A stretch of DNA of 64,000 nucleotides from Geosiphon pyriformis uo1 (lineage: Eukaryota; Fungi; Glomeromycota): positions 310,001 through 374,000 of the forward strand of contig JAAOMT010000572.1 in assembly GCA_016748015.1 (NCBI GenBank), given 5' to 3'. The translations under genes and the position numbers were made by a program. The notes beneath the pieces are model-generated. The model was not told the DNA's origin. It was given only the letters and a program-made list of their open reading frames with translations, and did not search any database. This document shows positions 26,035-39,059 of this stretch, one piece after another. Each line of letters opens with the position of its first letter. Positions within the stretch are counted from its first letter, which is position 1.

Positions 26035-27026
26035 CAGAGGTAAAATAAATGATTTTTATTTTATTTGCAAGTTTAAAAATATATTCTGATCGCTAATACA
26101 TTGTATAATACCACCTGACTTTAATTAATGTCTCAACTTGTTTTTTTATACAAATGGACAAGATTTTCAGCAAGTTCATCAGGTAAGCGATTGCATTCTT
26201 TTTCTTATTCCTGTAAGAGTTTTAATTTTTTTTTGCTAAATTACTTTTTATCAATCTCCAAAATTCTCAATTATGATCAGGTGACTTTTATGCCATGAAA
26301 TAAAATTCTTTTCAATAAGTCACTCTTTTTGAGCGATGTTTCGAATCTGCAAGACCCATTTTATAAAATTATTTCCAAAAAGCATATCAATAGATGACAG
26401 AAGACTTTATTTGTCTATTGTAATTATAAAATCAGCATTGATATTTTGTTCGAAGCTAATCACTTAACCAAAGTCTGAAGCTGAAAAATAACGCCAGATA
26501 TTTACTTTTAATGGGTGATTCACGGACAGGGATAATTTTCTTCGTCAAGGAAACTGTCAAACTTTTAAATATTGGTTGATTTAGACGAAATGTGCTTTCA
26601 TCTGAAAATATAACTTGATTCTAGTCAATATCTTTATTTTTTGCCCATTGCAAACGTTTTTTTGTGTTTGTTGGTGAGTAAAGGTTTGGAAAGTTTAGCC
26701 TAAACGTCATTGAATAGTGCCTACACTTTTTTTTCATTTCCTATTGTATAGCAGTGGCATTTAGATTAATTTCTTTTTTTGCAAGTTGTACAATTTTAGC
26801 ATCTTGCTTTGGAGTTGTAATTGAATTTTGGCCAGATTTTTGGTTGGTCACTTAGGTCTTTTGTTTCCTTCTACCTTTTAGTTCAATAAAGAGAGACATT
26901 TTTTGCGTGGAGCTTGATGATCATAAAATACCTGATATAGATTTCCTATCAATCTATAAAAGGTATGAATGATCAGCATTTATTCCATTCTTTATTGGGA
27001 GGGTCGGATACTTTCGCAATATACTG
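26035..27026 (-). mobile_element. Degenerate Tc1/mariner DNA transposon
   Basis: Minus-strand fragments: 'QKSGQNSITTPKQDAKIVQLAKKE' (HTH), 'LSKPLLTNKH/KRLQWAK', 'NQVIFSDESTFRL' (~26588-26620), 'HPLKVNIW..FS', 'WVLQ/SKHRSK', 'SPD..IEN', ending 'QVETLIK...YTMY*' at 26093. A Tc1-type terminus TA|CAGTATATTGCGAAAGTATCCGACCC lies at 27026-27001; the other TIR is decayed (TA|CAG at 26033-26037). Confidence 0.85.
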
Positions 27027-27879
27027 TAAATTATATCGTGGAAAGACTTGAATTATTATCTAACTCCATTTTTTAAAAGAAAATAGTTTTTCAGAAAAGA
27101 ATATTCGCAAAAATTTGAATCTAACAAGTGATTTTTATTTAATCAAATATTTATTATGATGTTGCCCATATGAAAATAATAAAAATGCTGTATAATGGAC
27201 CCTTGCTCAAGAAAACATAAGTCTTTTAGAAAACGCTATCGTCACAATATCAACAGATGGTTCTCACATAAAGAGATTGTTGGCTAGGCGGATACTAAAT
27301 TAGTGAATTTTGAGTATTAAATCCGAAAGAAATTCCACATATAAATAATAGCGTGTCAGAAAATTATAATAAGTTAGGTTTCTCCTATCATATGACAGAT
27401 TTATTTGTTTTGACACAATAAAATGAGCTAACTCTTCAACATAAATAACTATCACATAATTTCTTAATGACATATTCTTTTAGTTATTTAAATGCTTCAT
27501 ACTTTTTACTTTACTCAATTAATAAAGATAGTGCTCATATACCCACAACTTCAGCCCATTCAACATTATATTGCTTTTCTCTCTGAATGCCGTTTTAATC
27601 TGAGATTAGCGAATAAAACCAAATTTAGGATGTTGAAAGAAAGAGCATCGACTGCATCATGAAATTCTTTAGACTGTCCCAGATACACGCACTAGACGAC
27701 ATACGTCACTTTCTCAGTACTTTATGCAAGAATGGACTTATCTTTGTAGTCACTTCTTTTTTAAAAAAAGAAATGAACATTCAATCATGACAACCATATC
27801 TTTGATTTAGATTCTTAATCAGCTGAAAGTGAGCTCAACTAAAAATATTTCCTATACATTATAGATAGCTATCTTAATG

Positions 27880-28800
27880 CTAAACATTAACACCATCTTT
27901 GAAAATTGAACAGCATTCTTCACCTTCCCCATTATCACTGCCTAATGTACCACTTCGATGATAATGTGTTGTGAGGTTTCTAGCCTTATAAATATTTGGC
28001 ACAACAATTCATTCCCTATTTTTGTAGTACGTTTTCCTCTTAAAATTGCAATAATCTCTGTTTCCTCCTCTCCGCTGTCTGCAAATATCCTATATTTCAC
28101 TATGACTGAACAGCTCAAGCACATATGATAGCAATGCAAGGAAATTTCTTAGAGACGTTACAAACCTCCCTGATGTCAAAGACATTTATGCTGCTGTTTC
28201 TGAAATTCCCAGAGATTTCTAAATTAAGAGCAAAAAGAAAAATTTGCAATTAAAACATTTATTTATAAAAACAACAGCAGGAGACAACCTTAAATAACTA
28301 TTGCATAAACATCAGTTCTCTGATTTGCTCAATTTTTTGGTGGTTATTGTCCTTTACTAAAGTAAAAGTTCTAATAAAAAATACTTCATCTCCCACAAAT
28401 CAAATTGATTTCATGCTAACTTTTGCCTGTTTTTTTATAGCGAGAAAGGTATTTTCATGGTTTTTAAAAATTAAGCTTGGTAATAAGATTATTTGGGAAC
28501 AATCTTCTCAGATTGTGCTAAAAAAAAAATTATTATCAATGATCAGAAATCATAGAATTACCTGGTTAAAAAAATTTGAATGTGCTGCACGACATCCCGC
28601 GATTAATGTCTTCGATTGTCGTAATGTTAACGAAGGTTCAAATACATCCATCGAGGACCTCCTGTGCTGCTGTTGTAGGATTTCCTACGTATATATGTCT
28701 TGTGAATGTCTCTTCTTACATGTGTGAAGAGCACAAAATATTAGGAAGTAAACCTTCCAGCATCCTTTCTGACCAAATTAACCACTTGTCGTGTTGAACT
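27880..28800 (-). other. GC-richer island with exon-like segments; unassigned gene or pseudogene remnant
   Basis: AG/GT-bounded segments translate as 'STRQVVKFGQKGCWK', 'EILQQQHRRSSMDVFEPSLTLRQSKTLIAGCRAAHSNFFNQ', 'ISGNFRNSSINVFDIRE'. No start codon, continuous frame or family recognised. Confidence 0.25.
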
Positions 28801-29359
28801 AGTGAGCAATAAAATAAAAATTCCAAGGACTTTTTATTACATAAACAAATGATTTTTGGATCAAATTTATGACAAATACTAAAAAGAAATTATTTTTCAG
28901 TAACACAGACTGAAAGACTAAAATACAAGATAAAGTGTTAAATAACGCTTTTAGTTGGATACAAACGAAATATATATGTATATCTGTTGCTGAAGAAATT
29001 CAAATTTTCTTTAAAAAAACAATTTTGCTAGATTAGGTTTTTGAACATATATTTAGAATTTAATTTAAATTACAAGTTTATTAACTTTTTGAATTATTTT
29101 TTTGTATAATTGATTTGAATCTAAAATATTAATAAAACAGTCAAAATATTTTTTTAAAAGAGTGATTTTATATTACAAAACAAATATTTTTTTTACAAGA
29201 TAATTTAAATCAAAAAGATAATAAAATTCAAGTTTTTGATTCAATAATATCAATTAAATTTTTTTTCAAAATTTAGTGTTAAATAATTTATATTTTAAAA
29301 AAACTATTTGATATTTAAAAATATAAATTTTTTAAATTATTTAATGTTAAAGATAAAAA

Positions 29360-30060
29360 TTATGTTTTCTGAAGTAGCAGGTTGGCTTTTGTCAATCAAG
29401 TTGTTGTTCAGAAATAAGCTTTCTTTTTCGATTTTGGGGCTTTATGCTAGCATTTCTTTAAAAACGTGATTGGCTCAAGCTGGTATTATCAACTCTTTGA
29501 TAGCTAAGGCTGTAAATGAAAGCTTGTTTGTGATTTTAGGTGGTGACTTCAATGAAGATATTTCTAAGAAGTGTGCTAGCTTCAAAAAATGTTTGGATTT
29601 TGGCTTAATCAACTCTTTGTTAGGCAATTCAGTGACAAAAACTCCAAGTTGGAAAAATTAAAAAAATGTAGAAAAAACTATTAACTATATTTTTGTTTGT
29701 GCAAATTTTGTTAACATTTTGGCTATTTATAAGATGCGGAGTACAAATAAATTTTTCAATACTAATTACCAAGTTATTTCTGTTTTGGTGGCTTGGGTGG
29801 TTTACTAGATATATAATTGGTTTTTCTATAAAGACAAACAAACAAAAACTGATGAAAATACAATTTCAGAAATGCAGATTATACTAAATAGATGCTTTTC
29901 AAGAATGCTTTTTTTTCAGCAGTAATTGACTTATCTAAAGAGTTTAATGGCTTTAGAAAATATAGAGATTTAAATAAAATAAGGAATAGAATTTGAAATA
30001 ACATGTATTTTTTAGCTAATAAAGTGTTTAATAAGTCTTAATCTCATAATTTCGATTATA
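29360..30060 (+). mobile_element. Non-LTR retrotransposon (LINE) relic: APE/EEP endonuclease region
   Basis: 'LLSIKLLFRNKLSFSILGLYAS...INSLIAKAVNESLFVILGGDFNED...CLDFGLINSL...TPSW...TINYIFV' contains the GDFN motif (29539-29559) and an IDY-like motif of LINE endonucleases, with stops. Confidence 0.85.
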
Positions 30061-31689
30061 ATATTATGGTCAGATGTAACATGTTAACAGATAGCAAAAA
30101 AACAGTATTATATAACAATAAAAATAATAAAAAGTTAATTCAACTTTAATAAGCCAATTGAATTAATAAGAATTTAATATGTGAGATTAGTCTTATAAAT
30201 ATCTCAATCATTATTTTTTTCAAAAGATAACAAAAAAATTTGAAGATAAAGAAATAGTTTGTACTGTTAACAAAAAATAATAATTCTATGTCTTATATTA
30301 GCACTATTAAAATTTAATATTAGATATTAATTGTATTTTTCAATAAATTTTTATTCAATATACTTTATAAAAAAATTAACAATTATACAAATTAAGAAAA
30401 AAAAAGGAAAAAAACAATAAAAAAATTGATATTATTGTATTAATCTTTGCTTTGAATATATTTGATTTAAGTATAAATGAATTTTTAAAGCTTTAAAAAG
30501 TTTTGTTTATATATTTTTAAAAAGAGATCAATAATTAGACCAATAATAATATTAATAACTTGGTTAAAAGTTAAGTTAATAATTAAATCAATAACTAAAT
30601 CAATAACTAAGTCAATAATTAAGGCATTAATCAAGTCAATAATTATATTAAAAACTATTTCTAAAAATAAAATGGCTAATTAATAACATTAGTAACTAAT
30701 ATATATAATTAATTATGACTAAATAAATTAATAAAACTAAAAAATAAACGTTTTAATCATAATAAATTAAAACTTTTGGTTTTAAAGATTGTTAAAGTAT
30801 TAAGATTAAGATCTAGTAATTTGTTTTCAAAATTAATATATTAATAGTTGTTTATAAATAATAATAAAACATTAAGTTTAGTTTTAATAATATTAAATTT
30901 GTTTTGTTTAGTATAAAAAAGTTATATTAAGTGTTAAAACTTTATAAATTTTATAAGACCAAAAAATTAGAAATTATTTTTGCTATTTTTAGTATATAAT
31001 AAGTTTTATTATCAATAAAAGTCATACTATTAATAATGTTTTAAAGCATTTATTTTAAAAAATAATATTAATTTATTTGGTTAATAAATAAATAAATTTT
31101 GATAAAATTAAATTAAAAGTAAATAAAATTGTTTTAAATACAGTTTTTAAAAATGATAAGTTTAATCAAACATAAAAAATTGTTTAGAGTAATTAATAAT
31201 TTACCAGATAAAAAAACTATTGGTTTATTTAATATTACTAATAAACTATGAAAACATTGTTCAAATTTGTGTTTAATATATAAATTAGTTTTAAAATTAT
31301 AAAAAAAGACTTGAATATTTATAATTTTTAAATTATGTAAATAAAAAAAGTTTTGATAAATACCAAGTCTATACTATTAAAAAATTCTCCAAAAAGTCGA
31401 TTTAACTTTTTTAACTTTATACTTAATTTATAAGAATTGAGTTTATCTTATAAATATTCTGATTTAAAATTGATAAAAGTTAAAATTTCATAATTTAATT
31501 TGATTTATCAAGTATTATATATAAGTAAATTAAATTTCAAACTTTAAAAACTTATAATTATAATGTTTCTTATAATCAATACTATTTTTTACAAATAAAA
31601 AAAATTATTAATAATAAATCAAATCAAATTATATATTATTAAACTTAACCTAAATTTTTAAAAATAATTTTTTTTTGAATTGAATTCAA

Positions 31690-34580
31690 ATCAGATCAAA
31701 ACTTAATTTGATTTAATTTGTTAAAAACTCTAATTTTAACAGTATATAATAAGTTTAATATTAAGAGATATTTTAACTTGGTTTTCTGTTTTTGTTATAA
31801 AATTTATTCTAAAAAATATTTAAAAAAAAATAAGGAACTGTAGTTTATTTTGTAAGATATGTATAAAACATATAATTTAGAAAGCCAGTCTTATTTAAAA
31901 TTAAAATATGTGAAAATTTTATCAAATTTTTTGAAAGTATCTATAATAACAAATTTTAAGCTTATTAATAATTACAAAATACATAATAGTTTAGATTAGA
32001 ATAAAATTTTTTTATTTTTATTTTGAAAAATTTTCTATAGCTTTTTTTTATGTATGAGAAATTGTATAGGTATAAATTAACACTAAATTCATTGTTAATA
32101 ATAATAGAATTAAGACCTAAACTAATTTAACATCTTATTTAACTATTAACATATTTGTAAATAATATTATTTAAATTAAAAATAATCAAGCTACTATTTA
32201 TTATATATTGAATATTACAAATAAATTTTTAATTATTAGTAATATTTTAATTAACAATAACAAAATTCTGGTGATTTCTATTAATTACTAAATTAAAAAA
32301 ATCTTTTTTAAAATTAGTAATTTTCTTATTTTTGTAATCAAAAAGAGCAAGATACATAAATATTTTGAAATTTTTTATCAATTAATGGTTTTTTTAAGTT
32401 TAGTTCGAAGAAAATACACATAAATATAAGATTTTTTACCAATTTAATTTTGAAAAAAAACGATTTTAAATAAAAAATTTTTGTACTTAGTATTAATAAT
32501 TTTGTAATTATTTATTAATTATAAGATTTAATTTAGTTTTATGGCAAAAAATATGTGCGAAAAGTGAAATTTATTATTAAAAAAGAGGCTTAAAATCAAG
32601 ATTAATTTATTCAATAATTTTTCTATTGAAATTATACATCATTTTTTTTGTTTAGCTTAAAAACTTTTAATCTAGTTCAAACTAAAAGCAAGATAACAAA
32701 TGTAATTGTATTTGTTAACATATATAGAATTTTTGACAGGCCTTTTAATTATTAGGTACTAGATTTACAGATTTTAGAGTGAATATTATATGGTCTATTT
32801 TAGTTTTAATTATATTATTTGTAAATTTTTTAAACAATTTTCTGGTTAATATAGTTTATATTTTTTCTAAGTATATTGTATTTTTTATCAACAAAATTCC
32901 AAATTTTATTTATTTTAAGAATAGAATTCTTATTATAAATATGTTGAATCAATAAGTATTTAACAATATGATCTAATTTCTAAAATAATTTGACATTGTT
33001 TTTGTAAATAAATTTCTAAATAATTATGGTTTCTGTTTCAATAAAAAAACTTTTTATCATTATAAAAAGCTTTAATTTTGAGGCTTAATTTTATTATAGT
33101 TTAGTATTGTTATAATTTTTATCAAAAGTGATAATTTTATTAATAGTAATTTGATTATGTTTTTTCTTTCTATTATTGGTGTTTGTATAATTCTAATTGT
33201 TTCGGAGTTGTCAAAACATGTTTGTTTAAATGTGATTTTGGTTTTTATTAATAAATTTATTAGGAATTTGGGTTTTTTGGTGTTGTTAATAATATATTTA
33301 CTTATTTCTGAATCTGAAATCAGATATTAAAGTGAATATTTATAAGTTAATGTTTTTAATTTTGGTTAAATTACAGATTATTGCTTTGAATTTGAACTGT
33401 ATTTCTGTTTTGATATTTATTTATTTAGATAGTTAAACATCTCTTAATATATAAGTTAAAACTGGATTTGTTAGATTTCAATTTTTCCAATTATTGTTGA
33501 ATAAAATATTGGCATATTTATAATACTACTAAAAATAAATATTTAAATGCTAATTAGATTAAAAGAAACAGTTATTCTAACAATATGAACAATAATTAAA
33601 CTAACTTGTAAGTAACTAATATTTTAAATTTAAATTTTATGTTTCTTATTAATATTGTTAAACTATTTTTCTTGACAAACAGGAAAATAGTTTCTGAAAA
33701 TGTTTACTATTTTATAAAAAATTTGTTTGATTCAGTCTATTTTGCAGTTTGGAAGTTTAATTATGTATCTAAGTTTATTGATACATTCTTGACATGATAT
33801 TTACATATTTTAAGGACTATTTTGGTATGTTATCTTAATAAACACATATGGGTTTCTTAAATTATGGCATTGCAGATTTACATATGTATTTTATAAAAGC
33901 TCTTTAAGGAAAAAGCTTTATAATTTCAAATATTTAAACATAGTTTGTATTTGTTGTGGGTTGTATAAAAACTTAAATCACATCTTTTTGTGTGTTTTAG
34001 ATGTTATTGTAAGAGCTACTGTTATTGCAATAGATAAACTGCTATATCTGGTTCTTGGTTTTTATTTTTCTTAATTTTTTGAACTTTAAATAATGTCATA
34101 CATAATAACTATATTTATATGGCTGTGGTCAAAAGTTTTATTTTAAGTATGTTTTTCTAATTCTCTTTCTGTTTTCAAAGATACTGTTGTTGCTAGTTCA
34201 TGGGTTGTGGATTTGATATGAAACTTTACTATACATCACAGATTGGATAAATGGTTAGCGAATTCTAAGCTTAGAACTTTATATGAAAAAGATAGTTTGT
34301 TGGTTGATTGTAATTGATGTTAGTGATCTCATTGTAATTAGCTTTAGTGATTTAGATTGTGTTGGTGGTTTTGCTAAGGGGCGTCACATAGGTTTTGGTT
34401 TTGAGACCAGTTTACTTTTGCTGTTCAGGAAATTTTGTGAATTTTTTGGTGTCTCTGATGCCATAGCTGTGCAGTGTTTTTTTGATTGACCAAGTGGCTG
34501 ATCACGTATAGTAAGAGCATAAGCCATGCTTATTTTAAAGTCTTTTATGATTTTATTGTAATAGGTAGTGGTTGGGCTGT
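31690..34580 (+). mobile_element. LINE relic: hypermutated reverse transcriptase, 3' region and A-rich end
   Basis: RT motifs are recognisable after reversing transitions: 'KEL*FIL*DMYKTYNL' (31832-31879; DxxKAYDS motif), 'IHNSLD*NKIFL' (31979-32014; GxxQGxxxS motif), 'FVNNII*' (32154-32174; FVDD). Ends near 'gtactcgttaaataaaaaaata' (~34580-34600). Confidence 0.7.
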
Positions 34581-34824
34581 ACTCGTTAAATAAAAAAATA
34601 AAAGTTTAATTAATTGTTCTAATTTGATAATTAATATAAGTATAAATTCAATTTTTAAAATTTAAAAAAAAGATTAATAGTAGAATAATACAAAATATTT
34701 TATTGTGTTAAATTTTAAAAACTTTGAAATCAAAAATATTATAATTTAACTATAATTCTTTTTAATTTACAAAAAATATTTGTTTGTAAATATTTACTTA
34801 AAATTTTATTGAATAATATATAAA

Positions 34825-34827
<3 letters not shown>

Positions 34828-34870
<43 letters not shown>

Positions 34871-34893
34871 GTAATAATAATAATATTATTATT
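34828..34893. repeat. (AAT)n microsatellite
   Basis: Direct reading. Similar short (AAT)n tracts occur at ~13265, ~49255 and ~50602. Confidence 0.95.
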
Positions 34894-36815
34894 ACTTCTT
34901 AAATTTTTCATAAGATGTTTATTATTTAAAAAACAGATTGCTACAACAACGATAAATTTTTTGGTCAATTAATAAATAGAAAAATAATAATTTGTAAATC
35001 TATTATTTATGTATCTGATCTTAGTGTTTTCTTTCATAATAAAAATAGCTTAAATCCTATCTCAGTTTTAAATTCTAATGTTGTAAAACATTTTTCATCT
35101 ACTTCATTAAAAGATTAGAAATTTAAAATTTTAGTGAAACTTCTTTTATTAATAACTTTAATGGGTATACAAATCATATATATATGCATTCAGTTCTAAT
35201 TACGAAATTGCTGGTTGCAGAATCAAAATAAGATAAGACTTTTATTAAAGAAATTTCTAAACACTTGTAAAACAAAGCTAGCCAATTTTTCATGGTGACT
35301 TCACTTTAATTTTGAGATAATGTATTTAAAAAAGCTAAATCTAGGGTTTGTAAAATTTAAAGCTTATCAAAAATTTGTAAAAAAAAGCTCAAATAATTAT
35401 ATTCTTCCCTTAGGATAAGAAGAATGGAAACCATTTTATTTTCTAATATAAACAGTAAGATCTCTGAATTTTGTTTACTTTCCTCAGAATGAACACCAGA
35501 AATTCAAAAAGCTAAAAAAGTTAAGAATAATGATGGTTTATATTTTTTAACTATACTGTACCTACTCAGTTTTTAATTCTTAAATATAGTGATATGATTA
35601 GTTAACTCTTTATCCCCCTCTAGTTCTTGTAATTTAAAAATAACTTTTTTAAAGTTAGTTTTGTATCAATAACATCAAGTCCTTTTCCAAAAGAATGTCG
35701 CAAATCGAAATTAATTGTCTCTAATAACGTTTTGCAAATAATTAAAATAGAAAATATAATGTTCACGTTTTTACCTATTTCATATAATATTGTTGCAAAG
35801 CTACCCATTTTATTGTCTGTCTGACATGATCGATCGTAGTTCAAATCGATCATACAGCAATGTGCTTAAAATTAATACAGTCAGGAACATTTCTTGCATG
35901 TAAAAAAGTATCGTACCTGTCAAAAAACTGTTTAGGAGCACGTATCTTTGAATTCTATTATTCAATAACTTTTAATGATCCTTTGAAAACGCAATCAACG
36001 AAAAATATTTTATTGTGTGTAACATTTCAAGCATAGTATCATGTTCTCCCAATGACCAGTGACAAGTGACAAGTGACTAGTAACCACAAAAAATTTATCA
36101 AATTTCCCGTTGTGCTCTTGTTAGTTGGCGACGATCACTTTATCATCCTAAGCTAGAAACAATCTTTCATTGAAACTATTAGCTACAAGGGAATTTGTGG
36201 AGACATGGCTGACTGTATTTTTGAAACACAAGATCATCATGTAACATTATGATGATATTAGTGACACCTTTACAGTGGGATCTAATTTTTCCCGTATAAA
36301 TCAAAATAAAATCTAATTGGCTCAATTGTCTCCACACGAGGATATCAGATATATGGTTACCAGCTCATGGCTTGCGTTGAACACTAAATGATTTTTTGGG
36401 GAACTATCAAAAAAAAATATCAAAATTCTAGTTCCCACTATGTCTTATTAAAATGAGATCTTATATTTGAATTGAATAAAATATATTGTACATTCATTCA
36501 TTCATTCTTTCTTTCTTTCTTTGGAAACTTTTAAACAGCGTACAAAGTTTTTAATACACAACGCCGCCTAGTATACTCATTACAGCAGATAAATTGAAAA
36601 AATCAACACTCAAAGGATTGGTTTTTTAATTGGTACCTCGATATTTGTTTTAAAAAAAAAAGGTATTTCTTCGAAGAGAATTCAAAAACTTTTTTTGATG
36701 CTATCTTCCTCAAATTTTGTTGTAAGATTTAGTTTTTTCTATACTCTCTAAAAGCTTTGGATTATTCTTTAAGTACAATATCAAAAGAAACAATTCCAAT
36801 AATATTACCTTCATT

Positions 36816-37784
36816 ATGATTATTATCAAATCGCTTAAAAGTTTTACAATTGCGCTTCTGAGCTTTTCACAGGTAATAATTGGAGAAATTTTTGAAGAGG
36901 AGTCATTTATTTTTTTTTGTTAATAATTGAGCTAATAATTTTTTTCTACCAATTCAGGTTCTCATTATAAATGCACAAAAATTTTCTCAGTTAGTTGTAG
37001 ATATTCCAAAATCTTCAACATGGGTATCATGTAGCGAGAATTCAACAAGTTATATAGGTAGGCTTTTTGCTGAGAGAAAATTATGGATGTTTCACTTTAA
37101 AAATGAGTTTTATTAAAATTTCTAATTTTACAATATCTTATAGATTACTCTATCAAGGCACTCAATGACCGTAATTCAACATCATCCTCTTTTACATCTA
37201 CCTCTGATCAAATTTACCCTTTATCACCATCACCATCATCATCATCATCATCATCATCCATAGCCGAGGGTATAGAAGGAAAAGTTGCCGAAAAATCTGA
37301 AATCGAAAAATTTCTCGATGGGAATGAATTCACACAGTTTCAAGATATCAATTGTACTTTGCCAGTTGGCTCAACAGAGACTTGTCAAAAATCAAAAACA
37401 TTTCCTGATAATACACCAAAAATGAAACTTTGTTTATTAGTCGTAAATTCTAATGATAAATCAGCTTTGGTCGAAATTTCATTAAACTTTCAGCAGCAGC
37501 AAAATGATAAGCTGATTCTCTCAGCATCAACAGAATCAGATTCTTCAAATTCTACAACAACTTCCAACCCAACTGTTTCATCAAAAGTAACACAAAACTC
37601 TTCTATAGAATCTACCTTGGCAGATTCTTCTTCAACAATAATAACAAACATTCCCTCTCCTTTGAGTTCTCAATCTTCAAACCCCTCTGCAGCACAACAA
37701 AATCAAGGAAATGCTATTGGAGAACATCATGGTTCTCTGATGGCATTTTTTTTATTGCTTTTATTTAGTTTTGCGATTATTTAA
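36816..37784 (+). CDS. Secreted, probably GPI-anchored 4-Cys surface protein, divergent copy C (265 aa)
   Basis: Exons 36816-36872, 36958-37057 (100 nt, as in A and B), 37144-37784. 'KSSTWVSC...SYI|DY', 'VAEKSEIEKFLDG', 'INC...ETC...KLCLLVVNSNDK' align with copies A and B. S/T stalk and hydrophobic tail 'LMAFFLLLLFSFAII'. Confidence 0.85.
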
Positions 37785-39059
37785 TTGAAAACTCTCTTAA
37801 TTTATATCTAATTAATTAATTAATTTTTGCTTAGAATATTTTTATAATGTTTCCTATAGTTTAATAATTAATCCTTAATTAAATTCCTTATGCCTTGTAA
37901 AATAATTTTTTATGTAAAATCTTCAAGCTACCCATGCCTTTTTTTAATTTTTAAACTAGATGAACAAAAATTTTTAAAATACAATTTAGACATTTGAAAC
38001 AATAGATTAGATTTTTCAGACAGATAGAAAAATGGAATAATATATTCTTGAAAATTTTGAATATTTCTGGAAAAATCAAAAATAGAATTCTGCAGCGTTG
38101 AATTTGGGTTCTCTTTAATTTATTGTGTCAATAAGCCGCGTATATGTGTAGAAAACAAGATTTTTCACTTTTTTCCATTTAAGAAGATTGACTTTGAAAT
38201 TTATTTGAATCGATGACTCATTTGAATCTTTAAATCAATTTGGAAATAAATTATTTTTGCGTAATTTTATTATGTAATTACGCATCGATCAAGGACATTT
38301 TTGGAAAATTCTATACATGACAATTATATTCTTTTGAGTATGGATTATTTATTTCTCACCTCAAGTCCATTAACTTGTCAAATAATTTATCATGTCATTT
38401 AAAAAACAATGACGCAACTTCATACATTTTGATATATATTTCGACATGGCAAAGGTGGAACTTTGAGGAATTTCAAATAGTTCCGTCTTTTTCTAAACCC
38501 TAAAATTTTTTTAAAATTTCAAGGTCTTTTTGGCGCACGTAACATTGAAACACTAATTCTTCGAATAGTGAAACCCATGAGAAGCGAAAATCATGGCTTC
38601 TTTGCTTCTTTTTTTAATTAATATTTTCCTCAAATTCTGGTGTTTGTGTTCGTCTAAAAAATTTATTTTTAAGTTTTCATCCCACAAAATCAAATGAATT
38701 CAAATTCTAAATTGAATTTTCATTTTTTCACAAAAGCATACAATTTTATTTAACAAAAAGAACTTTGGAAGCTCTCTCTTGGGATTATCAATATCAGTGA
38801 GTAAATTTACTTAAACTGATTAACTTTACCTCTCTCTATTAATATTCTATATTATTCGAGTTTCATTGAAATGGAGTTTAGAGTCTTATTCGGAAGTAAA
38901 TTCTAAAAAGAACCCGATAATAATATAAATAAAAATTAACTTTTTTGCCCATTTCACGGCACTCTTCACATGCATTGATGGCGATACAGGCTAAATCAGG
39001 TATTCCAGTAATAATTGTGCGTACTGAGATTAACCATCATTTGATAGTTGAGTTTATTT

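Larger units (their letters stand above)
20480..27330. repeat. Inverted segmental duplication: arm 1 about 20480-22900, arm 2 about 24060-27330 (arm 2 carries a Tc1 insertion)
   Basis: Reverse-complement matches in coding and upstream DNA: 'accatctgttgatattgt' (~20555) vs 'acaatatcaacagatggt' (~27244); 'ttgtacaaatagataa' (~21762) vs 'ttatctatttgtacaa' (~25185); 'aacaaagcaag' (~20804) vs 'cttgctttgtt' (~26001). Outer edges are approximate. Confidence 0.85.
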
